Assembly: GCA_963692915.1 (NCBI GenBank)
Contig: OY843584.1
Span: 192,001 to 256,000, forward strand
Source: Cenarchaeum sp.
Lineage (GTDB): Archaea; Thermoproteota; Nitrososphaeria; Nitrososphaerales; Nitrosopumilaceae
Length of the DNA stretch: 64,000 nt
Direction of reading: 5' to 3'
Shown: piece after piece, positions 28,896 through 38,198 of the stretch
Layout of the letters: each line of letters starts with the position of its first letter
Position numbering within the stretch: position 1 is the first letter of the stretch
The notes under the pieces: generated by a model
What the model saw: the letters and a program-made list of their open reading frames with translations, nothing else
Databases searched by the model: none
Told to the model about the DNA's origin: nothing
Position numbers and translations under genes: made by a program

Positions 28896-30014
28896 ATGAG
28901 GACAGCCACGCTCGTCGTCGCCCTTGCAGTCTCGGCGGCCACGCTTGCGGCAGGAATTGCGTTCATCCTGGCTCCAGGCATGTCCACAGACGACGAGCCT
29001 ATCGCCGGCCAGGGCACGCCAGCAGACATGGCGCTGCCGGACAACTTTGGCGTCATCGTCAACACGCCGGGTCGCGAGGCGAGCATACTGGAGCTCAACT
29101 CGCTCTATGCCAAGGTCGCCGGCCTGGGAGCCACGCGCAGCAACGTGTACGTGTTCTGGAACGCCCTTGAGCCCTCGCCGCGCGAGTACGCCTGGGCCCA
29201 GACGGATGCGATCATGACGATGCACGAAAGGCACGACCTTGCGGCGACACTCTTCTTTTCGCTAGTCAACGGGCGCACGCTCGGGCCGCTGCCCGACTGG
29301 ATGGGGCACCCGACGCTTGATGCCATACCGCCCGATGACGTCTCATCGGCGATCGGCGCAATCCTTGCGAGATATCCGAGAATCGACACCGTCGTCATGG
29401 CCGGCGAGGCTGACTCGCACTTTGAGCGGTATCCGGGCATGCTCGATGCGTACAATGACCTCTTTGAGGATGTTCGCGACGACCTTGCCGCCGAGCACCC
29501 CGACGTCATGGTGGGAAACGCCATCTCCCTTGACCGCATCATCAACCGCGGCAATGAGCGGATCGTCTCGGATCTTGCAGCGGGGGACTTTGTCGCCTTT
29601 ACGTACCGGCCGCTAAACCTGCTCAACGAGGTCTCGCGCACGCCACAGGATGCCATCGGCGACATGGAGACGATGCTTCGCATCACCGGCGGCCAGCGCG
29701 TCGCGCTGCTTGAGGCTGGATGGAGCTCGTCTGCGGACATTGGCGGGGATCCCGCAAGCCAGGCCGAGTTTGCCGTCGCGCTCTCCGAGCTCGCATCTTC
29801 AGAGCCCCGCCTCGAGTTCGTCACGTGGTACCGGCTCCATGACAGGCCAGACGGGTCGTGCACAGTCGGCCCGCTCGATGATGACACCTCGCTGCTGAGC
29901 ACCGACGGGGGCACGTACGCCGCATCAGGCCTTGGGAGCTATATCTGCGGCGCCGGCCTCCTTGACGTTGATGGTGCGCCAAAGCCGGCATGGGGCGCAC
30001 TTGGCGGCCGCTGA
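28896..30014 (+). CDS. Membrane-anchored/secreted glycoside hydrolase-like TIM-barrel protein
   Basis: N-terminal TM, FWNALEP..Y.W, AGEAD, LLEAGW, GLLDVDGAPKPAW resemble clan GH-A. Confidence 0.6.
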   Translation: MRTATLVVALAVSAATLAAGIAFILAPGMSTDDEPIAGQGTPADMALPDNFGVIVNTPGREASILELNSLYAKVAGLGATRSNVYVFWNALEPSPREYAWAQTDAIMTMHERHDLAATLFFSLVNGRTLGPLPDWMGHPTLDAIPPDDVSSAIGAILARYPRIDTVVMAGEADSHFERYPGMLDAYNDLFEDVRDDLAAEHPDVMVGNAISLDRIINRGNERIVSDLAAGDFVAFTYRPLNLLNEVSRTPQDAIGDMETMLRITGGQRVALLEAGWSSSADIGGDPASQAEFAVALSELASSEPRLEFVTWYRLHDRPDGSCTVGPLDDDTSLLSTDGGTYAASGLGSYICGAGLLDVDGAPKPAWGALGGR

Positions 30015-30146
30015 GGCGCAGGCGGACATGCTGTTCTGCCGTGACATACTGCGGCCATGACCTCAGGGCTGATCCTGCCCTGGCACGTCCGGGATTGCGC
30101 ATGGGGAAAAAACAGTTAATTGCTGCGCGCCTGCGCCTGCGCCTGC

Positions 30147-30219
30147 GCGGTCATAGTATAGCCTGGTAGTACGCTGGCCTTCCAAGCCCGTCACCCGGGT
30201 TCGAATCCCGGTGACCGCA
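30147..30219 (+). tRNA. tRNA-Gly(TCC)
   Basis: Acceptor stem GCGGTCA/TGACCGC, anticodon loop CTTCCAA, T arm CCGGGTTCGAATCCCGG. Confidence 0.93.
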
Positions 30220-30261
30220 CCCACAACACTTAACGCACCCCCAGCGTGCGCACACACCCTG

Positions 30262-30654
30262 ATGCGCCAGAACCGAAAGGCAGTCGCCCTTGAGAGGATG
30301 CGCACGCTCGTGGCCAATGCGTCGGCAAACCTGCGCGCCGAGCCTGCCCTGGCCGAGCGGCAGGCGGCCCTGGCATGGAGGATATGCACGCACACGCGGA
30401 CGCGCATGCCATACGAGCTTCGCATGGCGTTCTGCCGCAAGTGCAAGAGCTTTGTGGGGTATGGCCAGCGCGTGCGCATACGCGTCGGCAACGGCGAGGT
30501 TCGCCTGACCTGCGGCCTCTGCGGGCACGTGCGCCGCAAGGTGCTGCATGGGGTCAGCACCCCTGGCTCCGCCTGCTCAAATGGGCGCGATCCCGCCGAT
30601 CCATCTGGCACAAGGGCGCCAGACGGGACAGCGGGCCTGCCGCGCCCTGGATAG
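30262..30654 (+). CDS. rnp4: RNase P protein component 4 (Rpp21)
   Basis: ALERMRTL, FCRKCKS, RVRI, TCGLCGHVRR. Confidence 0.88.
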   Translation: MRQNRKAVALERMRTLVANASANLRAEPALAERQAALAWRICTHTRTRMPYELRMAFCRKCKSFVGYGQRVRIRVGNGEVRLTCGLCGHVRRKVLHGVSTPGSACSNGRDPADPSGTRAPDGTAGLPRPG

Positions 30655-30856
30655 AGCCGCCACGCGCACGTTCCTGGCAGATGGCCGGCCATGTGGTCAT
30701 GCCGTCACGTCTGGTGCCTGCAGTGAAACGGTGTGCAGTCGATCCGCCACGGCGCCGGGGACACCCGCTGGCCACTCCGGGCACATGTCATTGTCAATCC
30801 CAACATCAGGAGGATACACAACTACAATGGAGACCGGGCGGGTCATTCACATCCCA

Positions 30857-31093
30857 TCAAAACTCCACCCTTACACTTATGTTGCTGACGTCCCTGCCCG
30901 CCAGCTCGATGAGCTCGTCCATGCGTGCCACGGCGTCGTCGGCGGAGGCAACCTCGCGCTCCCCGATATGGTGATATGCCGCATACGGCGAGGCGTCGCT
31001 CACCTTGCAGTCGTGCATCAGGGTCTTTATGCGCGCACACGCCTCCTTGTCGTCCTCGTTGCGGCATAAAACGCGAAACCATGCCTTTGCCAT
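30857..31093 (-). CDS. Hypothetical small protein
   Basis: 78-aa ORF MAKAWFRVLC...NISVRVEF with AT-rich TATA-like element upstream. Confidence 0.55.
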   Translation of the reverse strand: MAKAWFRVLCRNEDDKEACARIKTLMHDCKVSDASPYAAYHHIGEREVASADDAVARMDELIELAGRDVSNISVRVEF

Positions 31094-31304
31094 GACACAC
31101 CGGCTAGCATGCACGTGATATATTACTGATTAGGCGGATCCCGCGTATGAGATCAGCATCCTGCTGCCCACTTGATCTAGGCGCGATCCTGCCGGTCTGC
31201 CTCTGCCGAGTCAGCGCCTGTCTAGGCACGAACGAGCCGTGGTGCTGAGCTCGTACAGGACACTGCCTCATTGATTTATAACCCGCCGCGCGCGCGCAGC
31301 CCCG

Positions 31305-31763
31305 TTGGCAAAAGCGTATGACGTTCCGGCAGACAGGCTTATCGCACGCCTCGCCTCTGACCTGAGGGCAGAGGGCGTGAGCGCGCCAAAGTGGACACCG
31401 TTCGTAAAGACCGGAGTTCACGCCGACAGGCCGCCGCACGAGCGCGACTGGTGGCACACGCGCTGCGCCTCGCTCCTCCGCAAGATATACCTCAACGGCC
31501 CGATAGGCGTGGGCAGGCTCTGCGCAAAGTATGGCGGCGCGTCTCGCTCCTCGCACGGCTATGGCTCGGCGTACCACCGTGACGCCAGCGGGGCGATCAT
31601 ACGCGGCGCGATCCATGCCCTCGAGTCCCTCGGGTACGTCGAGCGCCACTCGACTGGCGGGCGCATAATATCTAGCGCGGGGATGAAAAAGATCGACGGC
31701 GTCGCCACGGAGATCCTCAAGGAGATGGCCGTCGACGAGCCGACCCTAGGGCTGTACAGATAG
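31305..31763 (+). CDS. rps19e: 30S ribosomal protein S19e
   Basis: YDVPAD, PKWTPFVKTG, DWWHTRCASLLRKIY, ASGAIIR. Confidence 0.96.
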   Translation: MAKAYDVPADRLIARLASDLRAEGVSAPKWTPFVKTGVHADRPPHERDWWHTRCASLLRKIYLNGPIGVGRLCAKYGGASRSSHGYGSAYHRDASGAIIRGAIHALESLGYVERHSTGGRIISSAGMKKIDGVATEILKEMAVDEPTLGLYR

Positions 31764-31770
31764 GCCGGCA

Positions 31771-32070
31771 ATGAGCCAAAACCCGTATCCTGATGACGTC
31801 GCAGGCAACCCTGCGGGAGACGCTGTGGGCAACGCCGAGACCATCGCGCAAAAGGACGCCGCACTCCGCATGATACTCGATCCTGACGCGCGCTCGAGGC
31901 TCTCCAACATACGCATGGTCCGCCCCGAGCTCGCCGCCGGAGTCGAGAACTATCTGCTCGGCCTCGCCTCGCAGGGCCGTGCGCCCTCGCAGATAACTGA
32001 CTCGCAGCTAAAGCAGATACTAGTCTCAATCCAGCAGCCGCGCCGCGACTTTAAGTTCAGCCGCGTCTGA
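31771..32070 (+). CDS. PDCD5-like dsDNA-binding protein
   Basis: ILDPDARSRLSNIRMVRPE, ITDSQLKQIL; usual neighbour of rps19e. Confidence 0.9.
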   Translation: MSQNPYPDDVAGNPAGDAVGNAETIAQKDAALRMILDPDARSRLSNIRMVRPELAAGVENYLLGLASQGRAPSQITDSQLKQILVSIQQPRRDFKFSRV

Positions 32071-32838
32071 TCCGCCCGCGCGCAGCCCGCGCGCATAGAC
32101 GCACTCGGCAGCATTCACTGCGGCCTCGCCGGCCTCGCCGCGCGAGGACGTGAGGCGCACGCCCGAGCCGCGCACTATTGCAATGGGGGTCGACTCGGAG
32201 CCCTCGCCCATCTCGTGGTTTGCCATAGTCGCAATGCTGTCTGCCACGGCGCTCTTTGTGACGGCAAGCGGCCTGCCACGCAGGTCGAGCCTCCCCCTGC
32301 CGTCGCGGACCGCCTCGATTCCGGCAAACGCGACGGCGACGCCGCACGTGCCGGCCCTCATTGGCATGAGCCGGCTGTCCGAAAGGATGACGCCGACGCG
32401 CACGCCGAGGCCGAGGAACGCCTTTCGGCGAACGTGCTCGGCGAGCTCGTGCGCGGCATCGGGATACAGTATGATCCTCCCCGCACCGGCATTCGAGCTG
32501 TCGATTCCGGCGTTGGGAGCCAGGATTCCGCCGGTGACTGCCATGGCAAATCCGGCAACTCCGCCCATGACGTCCTCGGACTCGCGGATGACGGCCTCGG
32601 CGAGGCCTGTCCTCATGCCGAGGCGCCGTGCCAGCGCGCGCGCGGGCTCGGATGCGGCCACAGAGGCCTCGAGGATCATGCGGCCCTGCGAGACGGCGGC
32701 GTACTTTGAGGAGACGACGAGGACATCGCCGTCGATGAGCGTCGTGCCCGAGGAGCCTAGCGCACCGGCTATCTCGGCATAGAGGTCAAAGGGTCCGGTC
32801 TGAACGGGCGCGCGCAGCGCCATCGCCGTGGTGGCCAT
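32026..32838 (-). CDS. cofE: Coenzyme F420-0:gamma-glutamyl ligase
   Basis: GDVLVVSSK..VSQGR, PNAGIDSSN, SDSRLMPMRAG, MGEGSESTP. Confidence 0.9.
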   Translation of the reverse strand: MATTAMALRAPVQTGPFDLYAEIAGALGSSGTTLIDGDVLVVSSKYAAVSQGRMILEASVAASEPARALARRLGMRTGLAEAVIRESEDVMGGVAGFAMAVTGGILAPNAGIDSSNAGAGRIILYPDAAHELAEHVRRKAFLGLGVRVGVILSDSRLMPMRAGTCGVAVAFAGIEAVRDGRGRLDLRGRPLAVTKSAVADSIATMANHEMGEGSESTPIAIVRGSGVRLTSSRGEAGEAAVNAAECVYARGLRAGGSDAAELKVAARLLD

Positions 32839-32928
32839 GTGGGCGCATCGCGCACGCGGCCGGATTTTACCCTTTTGGGCACTCCCACCACAGGAGGGCC
32901 ATTCGGCGACGGGCGGGGCAGGTCATGA

Positions 32929-33007
32929 TGGTGCTCCCGCCGGGATTTGAACCCGGGATCACTGCCTTGAGAGGGCAGTATGCTTGACCGGACTACACCA
33001 CAGGAGC
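32929..33007 (-). tRNA. tRNA-Glu(CTC), CCA encoded
   Basis: GCTCCTGTGGTGTAGTCCGG..CTGCC CTCTCAA GGCAG..GGTTCAAATCCCGGCGGGAGCACCA. Confidence 0.95.
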
Positions 33008-33058
33008 GTAAGCGTCGGCGCGCTGCGGTCTTAATTTAAATGCCGCGCCGCCTGCGCC

Positions 33059-33976
33059 ATGGCCGCATTGGGGAGCGCACCGGCCGCATGGCTGGCTGAC
33101 TGCATCGACTCTGGCGCACCGGCCGCGCTTGGGGGGTGCCGGTGCGGCAAGGAGAGCTTTGGGTGCTGCGAGTACAACGTGACTGTCTTTGACGGGGGTC
33201 ATGCGGTCGAGGAGGCAAGCCATGACGGCCAAACGGTGATCATTCGGCACGACTCGGTGACTGACCCGTCATCGGGGACGTTTGCGCACCTGGCCGGAAT
33301 GCGCGTCATCACCGATCCCGAGTGGGAGATAGGACCACGCCTCTCGGCAATGGCGGCCAGGCGCGAGTGGGCGTTTCGCCACGCGATGAAGTCGGCCCTA
33401 GTCGATGCGGGAATGATGGCCACCAGGGCACGCGCGTCACTGGGGCGCCATCCCGCAACTGCGCCGTTCTGGCTAAAGTGCGCCGCGTACAGTCTTGCCG
33501 ACTCGATATCATACGGCAACATGGTCGAGCCGAGCCCCGCGCACATGATGGCGCGATTTCGCGCAATGCCAAAGTCTACGACCAACGAGGGCCTCTCAAC
33601 GGTCGGCGAGTGCCTCGGCCTCGAGCGTGCGACGCCGTCACTTCTTGACAGGATGGCAAAGTCGGCAGCCGGCTTTGCCGGCATGGCAGGCCTCGGCGAG
33701 CTTGCAGTGGCCGCGATGCTCGCAAAGGCGCGCCACCTCGAGTCCGAATCGCTCCTTGCGGACTGTCACTATTACATCGGATATGCGACGTGCTCGGCAC
33801 TGCGCTCACGCCGCGAGTATGCGCGCGCGCTGCCTGATGCCGAGCTCTACGCGCTAAAGGTCGCCCTGGATCCCGAGGGCAACGCGCAGCGCGTGGAGAG
33901 GCAGATCGGCATGGTCGAGTCGGCCGCCGCAGCACTCATGGCGCACGCCCGCGGCGATGCGGCCGAGAACGCGTGA
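33059..33976 (+). CDS. Hypothetical protein (possibly degenerate nucleotidyltransferase-like)
   Basis: 305-aa ORF with TTTAAA upstream; LGGCR..CEYNVTVF, PSPAHM, LGLERATPSLL. Confidence 0.75.
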   Translation: MAALGSAPAAWLADCIDSGAPAALGGCRCGKESFGCCEYNVTVFDGGHAVEEASHDGQTVIIRHDSVTDPSSGTFAHLAGMRVITDPEWEIGPRLSAMAARREWAFRHAMKSALVDAGMMATRARASLGRHPATAPFWLKCAAYSLADSISYGNMVEPSPAHMMARFRAMPKSTTNEGLSTVGECLGLERATPSLLDRMAKSAAGFAGMAGLGELAVAAMLAKARHLESESLLADCHYYIGYATCSALRSRREYARALPDAELYALKVALDPEGNAQRVERQIGMVESAAAALMAHARGDAAENA

Positions 33977-34036
33977 GCTTGCGCACGCTTAACAATGTTT
34001 GAGATTTTCTTAATAATTATGGCCATGTTCTAAACC

Positions 34037-34043
34037 TTTAAAA
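34037..34043 (+). promoter_or_regulatory. TATA box for the metallothionein-like gene
   Basis: TTTAAAA ending 25 nt before ATG 34068, within an AT-rich stretch. Confidence 0.6.
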
Positions 34044-34067
34044 TCCGGCCCACTAGGCGTGGCGTGC

Positions 34068-34211
34068 ATGACGGATCAAGCCTGCGGCTGTGAGGCCGAT
34101 AGCGGCGACCCAGCCTATGCGTGCGACTGCGAGATGCAGGGGCACTGCATCTGCAGCGCGGACTGCCGCTGCAACACAAAGACCTGCAAGGAAGCAGTGT
34201 CCTCTCTCTAG
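34068..34211 (+). CDS. Metallothionein-like 47-aa protein (below ORF-track cutoff)
   Basis: MTDQACGCEADSGDPAYACDCEMQGHCICSADCRCNTKTCKEAVSSL*: four CxC motifs, 9 Cys, 1 His. Confidence 0.75.
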   Translation: MTDQACGCEADSGDPAYACDCEMQGHCICSADCRCNTKTCKEAVSSL

Positions 34212-34233
34212 GGGACACGCTTCCACTTTTTGC

Positions 34234-34398
34234 CTACTCGTCGGCCGCATAGCCCCACGACTTTACGAGCTCCTTTTGGAACTGGTCTGCCTGCTTGGCG
34301 CCAAGCGCGCTTCCGCAGTTCTTGTGCGTGGGGACTACCACCATTCCGGCGAGCTTGAACTCGACTTCGTACATGTGAACCTTGGGGCACTCGCACAC
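34234..34398 (-). CDS. Small hypothetical protein with CxC..H..C motif
   Basis: VCECPKVHMYEVEFKLAGMVVVPTHKNCG..FQKELVKSWG; GTG start inferred from upstream AT-rich box. Confidence 0.7.
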   Translation of the reverse strand: MCECPKVHMYEVEFKLAGMVVVPTHKNCGSALGAKQADQFQKELVKSWGYAADE

Positions 34399-34453
34399 GA
34401 TGCGCGCGCGCAGGGCAGCTCCATTAATATTTAATCGCCCCCACGCCTGCCTC

Positions 34454-35935
34454 ATGGTGGTCATGAACGCAGCCCTCCTCGCCTCACTGGCGGCGATCGC
34501 CTCACTGGCCGCAGCCGCCTCAATCCCAGATGTGGCCGCACAGGCCCAGATCGGCGGCGTGAACGTTGAGGGCGAGTGGTACGTCGGCGAGGGCCTCGGC
34601 GTTGGGGACTATTTCTCGTATAGCATGTGCCACACGGGATACAAGGAGTGCAAGGAGTTTCAAATTGACTTTTGGATAGAGGCCGACAGGCGCGTGAATA
34701 ACGAGAGCAAGTGGATAGCGCAGACTGTCGTGTATGACGGGACCAGGGTGTCAAAGGGCACGATGGAGCTCGGCAAGGTGGCACCCGAGCCGACGGGCGG
34801 CTCGATCGACCTAGAGTACCGCAGCGCGTTCAAGTCATCAATCGTGTGGCTCTCGGCGTTTGCGACATCATATGGCGGCAGCGGCGGCGATGGCCCAAAG
34901 AGGTTCGACGCGCCGGCGTGGGGCAAGATTGCCAACATTGGCGGCGAGCAGATACTCCCAAAGTCAGTGGAGCGAGTCAAGGTCAAGGGCGGCACGTTTG
35001 AAGAGTCAGTCATTGTGTCGTGGCGGACCGGCGGCGCCGAGAGCAGGGTCTGGCTAGTCGACGAGTTTCCGTTCCCTGTAAAGGCGCACACGTGGGTTCA
35101 CGTGTCCGAGGGAATACCGCCACAAGAGTATGCCTTTGAGCTCCTTGCCTATGGCACAAGCGAGTCCAATCCATATGCTGATGTTATTGCAGTCGACGAT
35201 GCGGCAGCAGCCGAGTGGTGCCCCGAGACGCGTGAGCTTGTGTCGACAAAGCGCGCAACTGCAGAGGGCAAGTATCTCATAAACGTGCGCCACGGGCCGG
35301 AGATGCCGGTGGCCGGATGCGACATGACGCTACTTGTCAGCTTTCACAGCAAGTATGACGAGACCGAGTTCCTAAACCAGGTCCAGTATGACATACTCGT
35401 TACTGACTCGTCTGATGGCGTCATTCACACGGTGTCTGAGGCCGAGGGCTCGAGGGTTCTGTACTCGGGCTCGGGTCAGACGCGCAACGACGAGACGTGG
35501 GTTCCTGACACGGCCGGTGACTATACGTACGCCATAGTCATCCATGGCCTCGCCCCGCTCAACACGGTCACGCGCGCCGACGAGCTTGACGTGCTTCGCG
35601 TGCCGGTGACCGTGGTGGCCGCCGATCGCGGGCAGGTGCTGCCAGTCACGCCGCCGGCCGCCACGGCGACGGTTCCGTCGTGGATAAAGCAGACGGCCGG
35701 ATTCTGGGTTGACGGGCACACCGGCGATGCCGAGTTCGTCGCGGCGATCGAGTTCCTCATCTCCCGCGGCGTCATTGACGTCGGCCCACAGGTCACGCCG
35801 GCGGGCAGCGGCGGGTCTGTCCCGTCGTGGATAAAGCAGACGGCCGGATTCTGGGTTGGCGGGCACACCGGCGATGCCGAGTTCGTCGCGGCGATCGAGT
35901 TCCTCGTGGGCCGTGGAGTCATCTCGGTCAGCTAG
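34454..35935 (+). CDS. Secreted protein with two C-terminal thaumarchaeal PxWIK..AGxW repeats
   Basis: Signal peptide; VPSWIKQTAGFWVxGHTGDAEFVAAIEFL twice. Confidence 0.82.
   Translation: MVVMNAALLASLAAIASLAAAASIPDVAAQAQIGGVNVEGEWYVGEGLGVGDYFSYSMCHTGYKECKEFQIDFWIEADRRVNNESKWIAQTVVYDGTRVSKGTMELGKVAPEPTGGSIDLEYRSAFKSSIVWLSAFATSYGGSGGDGPKRFDAPAWGKIANIGGEQILPKSVERVKVKGGTFEESVIVSWRTGGAESRVWLVDEFPFPVKAHTWVHVSEGIPPQEYAFELLAYGTSESNPYADVIAVDDAAAAEWCPETRELVSTKRATAEGKYLINVRHGPEMPVAGCDMTLLVSFHSKYDETEFLNQVQYDILVTDSSDGVIHTVSEAEGSRVLYSGSGQTRNDETWVPDTAGDYTYAIVIHGLAPLNTVTRADELDVLRVPVTVVAADRGQVLPVTPPAATATVPSWIKQTAGFWVDGHTGDAEFVAAIEFLISRGVIDVGPQVTPAGSGGSVPSWIKQTAGFWVGGHTGDAEFVAAIEFLVGRGVISVS
35675..35905 (+). 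repeat. 84-bp near-identical direct repeat, 147-bp period
   Basis: 35675-35758 versus 35822-35905, one mismatch seen. Confidence 0.9.
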
Positions 35936-36002
35936 CGCACGCGCCTGCCCCTGCCCCTGCCCGCGCTATCCTTAAAATCGGGAGCCTGCGCGCAACACGC
36001 CG

Positions 36003-36359
36003 ATGGCGAGCCTCTTTAGATACCCAAAGCGCAAGCTGCGCAAGCTGCTCAACGCCGGCGACTATGCCGAGGCACTAGAGTACGGCAGGTCACTGGAGCC
36101 AAAGCACTCTGGCGATCCGGACTTCTTGTTCATCATGGGCAGCGCGCACTATGTGCTCGGCGATGCCAAGGAGTCAACGCGCTACTTTGAGCGGGCCATC
36201 GAGATAAACCCGTACGATGCTGACTCTATGCTGCTCCTTGCGCGACTCTGTGCGCACAGCGGCAATGCCGCCGAGGCCCGTCGGCTATGCAAGCGCGTAT
36301 TGGACGTGGATGACGAGCGCGCCGATGCGCGCGAGCTCCTCGACGGCCTGCCCGAGTAG
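36003..36359 (+). CDS. TPR-repeat protein
   Basis: MGSAHYVLGD..YFERAIEINP, LARL..G..AEA...VLDVD. Confidence 0.85.
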   Translation: MASLFRYPKRKLRKLLNAGDYAEALEYGRSLEPKHSGDPDFLFIMGSAHYVLGDAKESTRYFERAIEINPYDADSMLLLARLCAHSGNAAEARRLCKRVLDVDDERADARELLDGLPE

Positions 36360-36362
36360 GCC

Positions 36363-36818
36363 CTACTCGCGCCCATAGACGTGGCGCATGAGCCACTCAC
36401 AGTACGACGTCACAGCCGGCGTGAGCTCGCACCAGACGTGGAGCGAGTGTGGCAGTATGTCGATTCGGCCACCGTCATGGAACACCTTGACGCCCTCCTT
36501 TCCCTCGTACATGTACGCGTCCTCGGTCCGCGCCCCGTGTATGTGCCGCACGGCCTCCTCCTTTACCTTTGCGCGCGGTATGGGAAAGCGCGTCCTCTCC
36601 CTGTCCACAATTACGCTCAGGTCGCGCCTTCCGTACATAGAGTACTCGGAAATCTTGTCGCGTCCGGGAAAGTTGACGACTAGCCTCACCCCGTGCCTCT
36701 TGCCCACACCCTCGCCAATCTCGACGATTCGGGCGTATGCCGTGGCCGGATTGCGCAAGAGCAGGAGGCGAACCTGTGCCATGTCCGAGGCGAGCGCGCG
36801 CTGCAGGTCTGTGGCCAT
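36363..36818 (-). CDS. Hypothetical protein
   Basis: EDAYMYEGKEGVKVF..GRIDILPHSLHVWC; protein-like composition. Confidence 0.75.
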   Translation of the reverse strand: MATDLQRALASDMAQVRLLLLRNPATAYARIVEIGEGVGKRHGVRLVVNFPGRDKISEYSMYGRRDLSVIVDRERTRFPIPRAKVKEEAVRHIHGARTEDAYMYEGKEGVKVFHDGGRIDILPHSLHVWCELTPAVTSYCEWLMRHVYGRE

Positions 36819-36911
36819 GCCGGCAAATCCCATACGCGCACAGGGGCCGCAGCGCCGAGTTATATTCATGGCGTAGTGTTTTTTATGTGCCTCGCGTGAG
36901 CCGCAGCGCAG

Positions 36912-37553
36912 ATGGCGCTTCCTATGGCCGGTCAGGGTGGGTATGGCGACGAGTTCTCCGAGCGCGCAAGCAGCCTAGAGGACTACAAGGTGACGTGCAT
37001 ACGATTCGTGCGCGACATATCTGCTGACTATCTTGCGTGGGTGGACCGCTATGCGCTAGAGTCCGGCGAGGATGCGCTCCGGCGCGAAGGGATAACGTCA
37101 GTTGTGGGCAGGGCCGACGAGTGGATATCGCGCGTTGCCCGCTCGATAAAGGGCGTAGACGTTGTCATGAACGACGCGATCCAAAAGATGGCCGAGGCGA
37201 CTGCGGGCAGGCCGTTCCCGATAGACGTCACAGTCGGAGGATTCTCCGCATACACGCGCGCAAGGCCAGGTTCTGTGGACATACGCCTCAGGGCGAGCGC
37301 GAGGGACGGGCGCACGGCTCTCCTGGGACACCACTCGCGTGATGAGCGGTTTCGGATCGAGTCGACGTTTCCTGCCTCCATTGACGAGGGGGGCATCGAG
37401 GGGACGCCAGATGCGGCAGACCTTGCGCTCCACCTCGACGCGTCATCCTCGGCGCACGATGACGTCGTCTCCTTTACCGTCATTGTGCAGGAGACTGACG
37501 GCAATGTCGAGACTGAGAGGCGCGGCGTGAGCACAATAGTCCATATCAGCTAG
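36912..37553 (+). CDS. Hypothetical protein
   Basis: 213-aa ORF with typical codon bias and TTTTTAT upstream. Confidence 0.7.
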   Translation: MALPMAGQGGYGDEFSERASSLEDYKVTCIRFVRDISADYLAWVDRYALESGEDALRREGITSVVGRADEWISRVARSIKGVDVVMNDAIQKMAEATAGRPFPIDVTVGGFSAYTRARPGSVDIRLRASARDGRTALLGHHSRDERFRIESTFPASIDEGGIEGTPDAADLALHLDASSSAHDDVVSFTVIVQETDGNVETERRGVSTIVHIS

Positions 37554-37662
37554 TGCGGGCACGCGCCGGTCAAGTAATTTTGCGCACAAGGCTGAAAACA
37601 ATAACACTCTTGCTCATAAGCGCACACTCGGATGCGTGCGCATGGCAGCAAGGCTGGCTGGC

Positions 37663-38094
37663 ATGCCCAAGAATGTGACGACCACGCGTGACTTTACCGG
37701 TCGCCGCGTAGTTGACAGGGAGGGCATCGAGTACGGGCGCGTCAGGCGCGTCCACATCGACGAGGACACGCTCGGCGTGGCCGGCATGACGGTCAGATAT
37801 GGAGTTCTCAAAAAATACTATCTCCCGCGCTCTAGCGTGTCGCGGATCACAGACGAGAGTGTCCTTCTCACGACGCCGCCAATCCGCACCGGCGTCAGGG
37901 TCGATGATGTCGACGGCCACAAGATTGGCCGCGTGCGCCGCGTCAACCGCAACACCGAGACTGGTGACGTCGAGTCGATCCTGGTGTCACACGGCATATT
38001 TGGATCAAAGGTAGTCTCACTGGCCTCGATATGGGGCGTCGGCAAGGCCGTCACGCTAAAGATGACGCGCTCCGAGTTCGCCTCGCGCTCCTAG
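37663..38094 (+). CDS. Tandem PRC-barrel domain protein
   Basis: GRRVVDREG..YGRV and GVRVDDVDGHKIGRV; start could be 37642. Confidence 0.82.
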   Translation: MPKNVTTTRDFTGRRVVDREGIEYGRVRRVHIDEDTLGVAGMTVRYGVLKKYYLPRSSVSRITDESVLLTTPPIRTGVRVDDVDGHKIGRVRRVNRNTETGDVESILVSHGIFGSKVVSLASIWGVGKAVTLKMTRSEFASRS

Positions 38095-38198
38095 CGCTCT
38101 CTTGCCCTTGCCTCTAGGCACGTGCGGCATATGGTCATCGCGCCATCCACGGTGACCTCGACGTTTGAGGCAAGGCACTTGTCGCACAGGCCCTTCAT
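38091..38198 (-). CDS. 35-aa zinc-finger micro-protein
   Basis: MKGLCDKCLASNVEVTVDGAMTICRTCLEARARER; TTTTATC about 25 nt upstream. Confidence 0.6.
   Translation of the reverse strand: MKGLCDKCLASNVEVTVDGAMTICRTCLEARARER

Noticed and set aside
30125-30148. Short GCGCCT tandem repeat before tRNA-Gly (and CCTGCC repeat near 35944)
   Set aside because: Only about three units in GC-rich spacer; no evidence of function.
32886-32896. 11-bp duplicate (CACCACAGGAG) of the tRNA-Glu 5' end as an att site
   Set aside because: Too short, matches the 5' rather than the 3' end, and no integrase or cargo lies between the copies.
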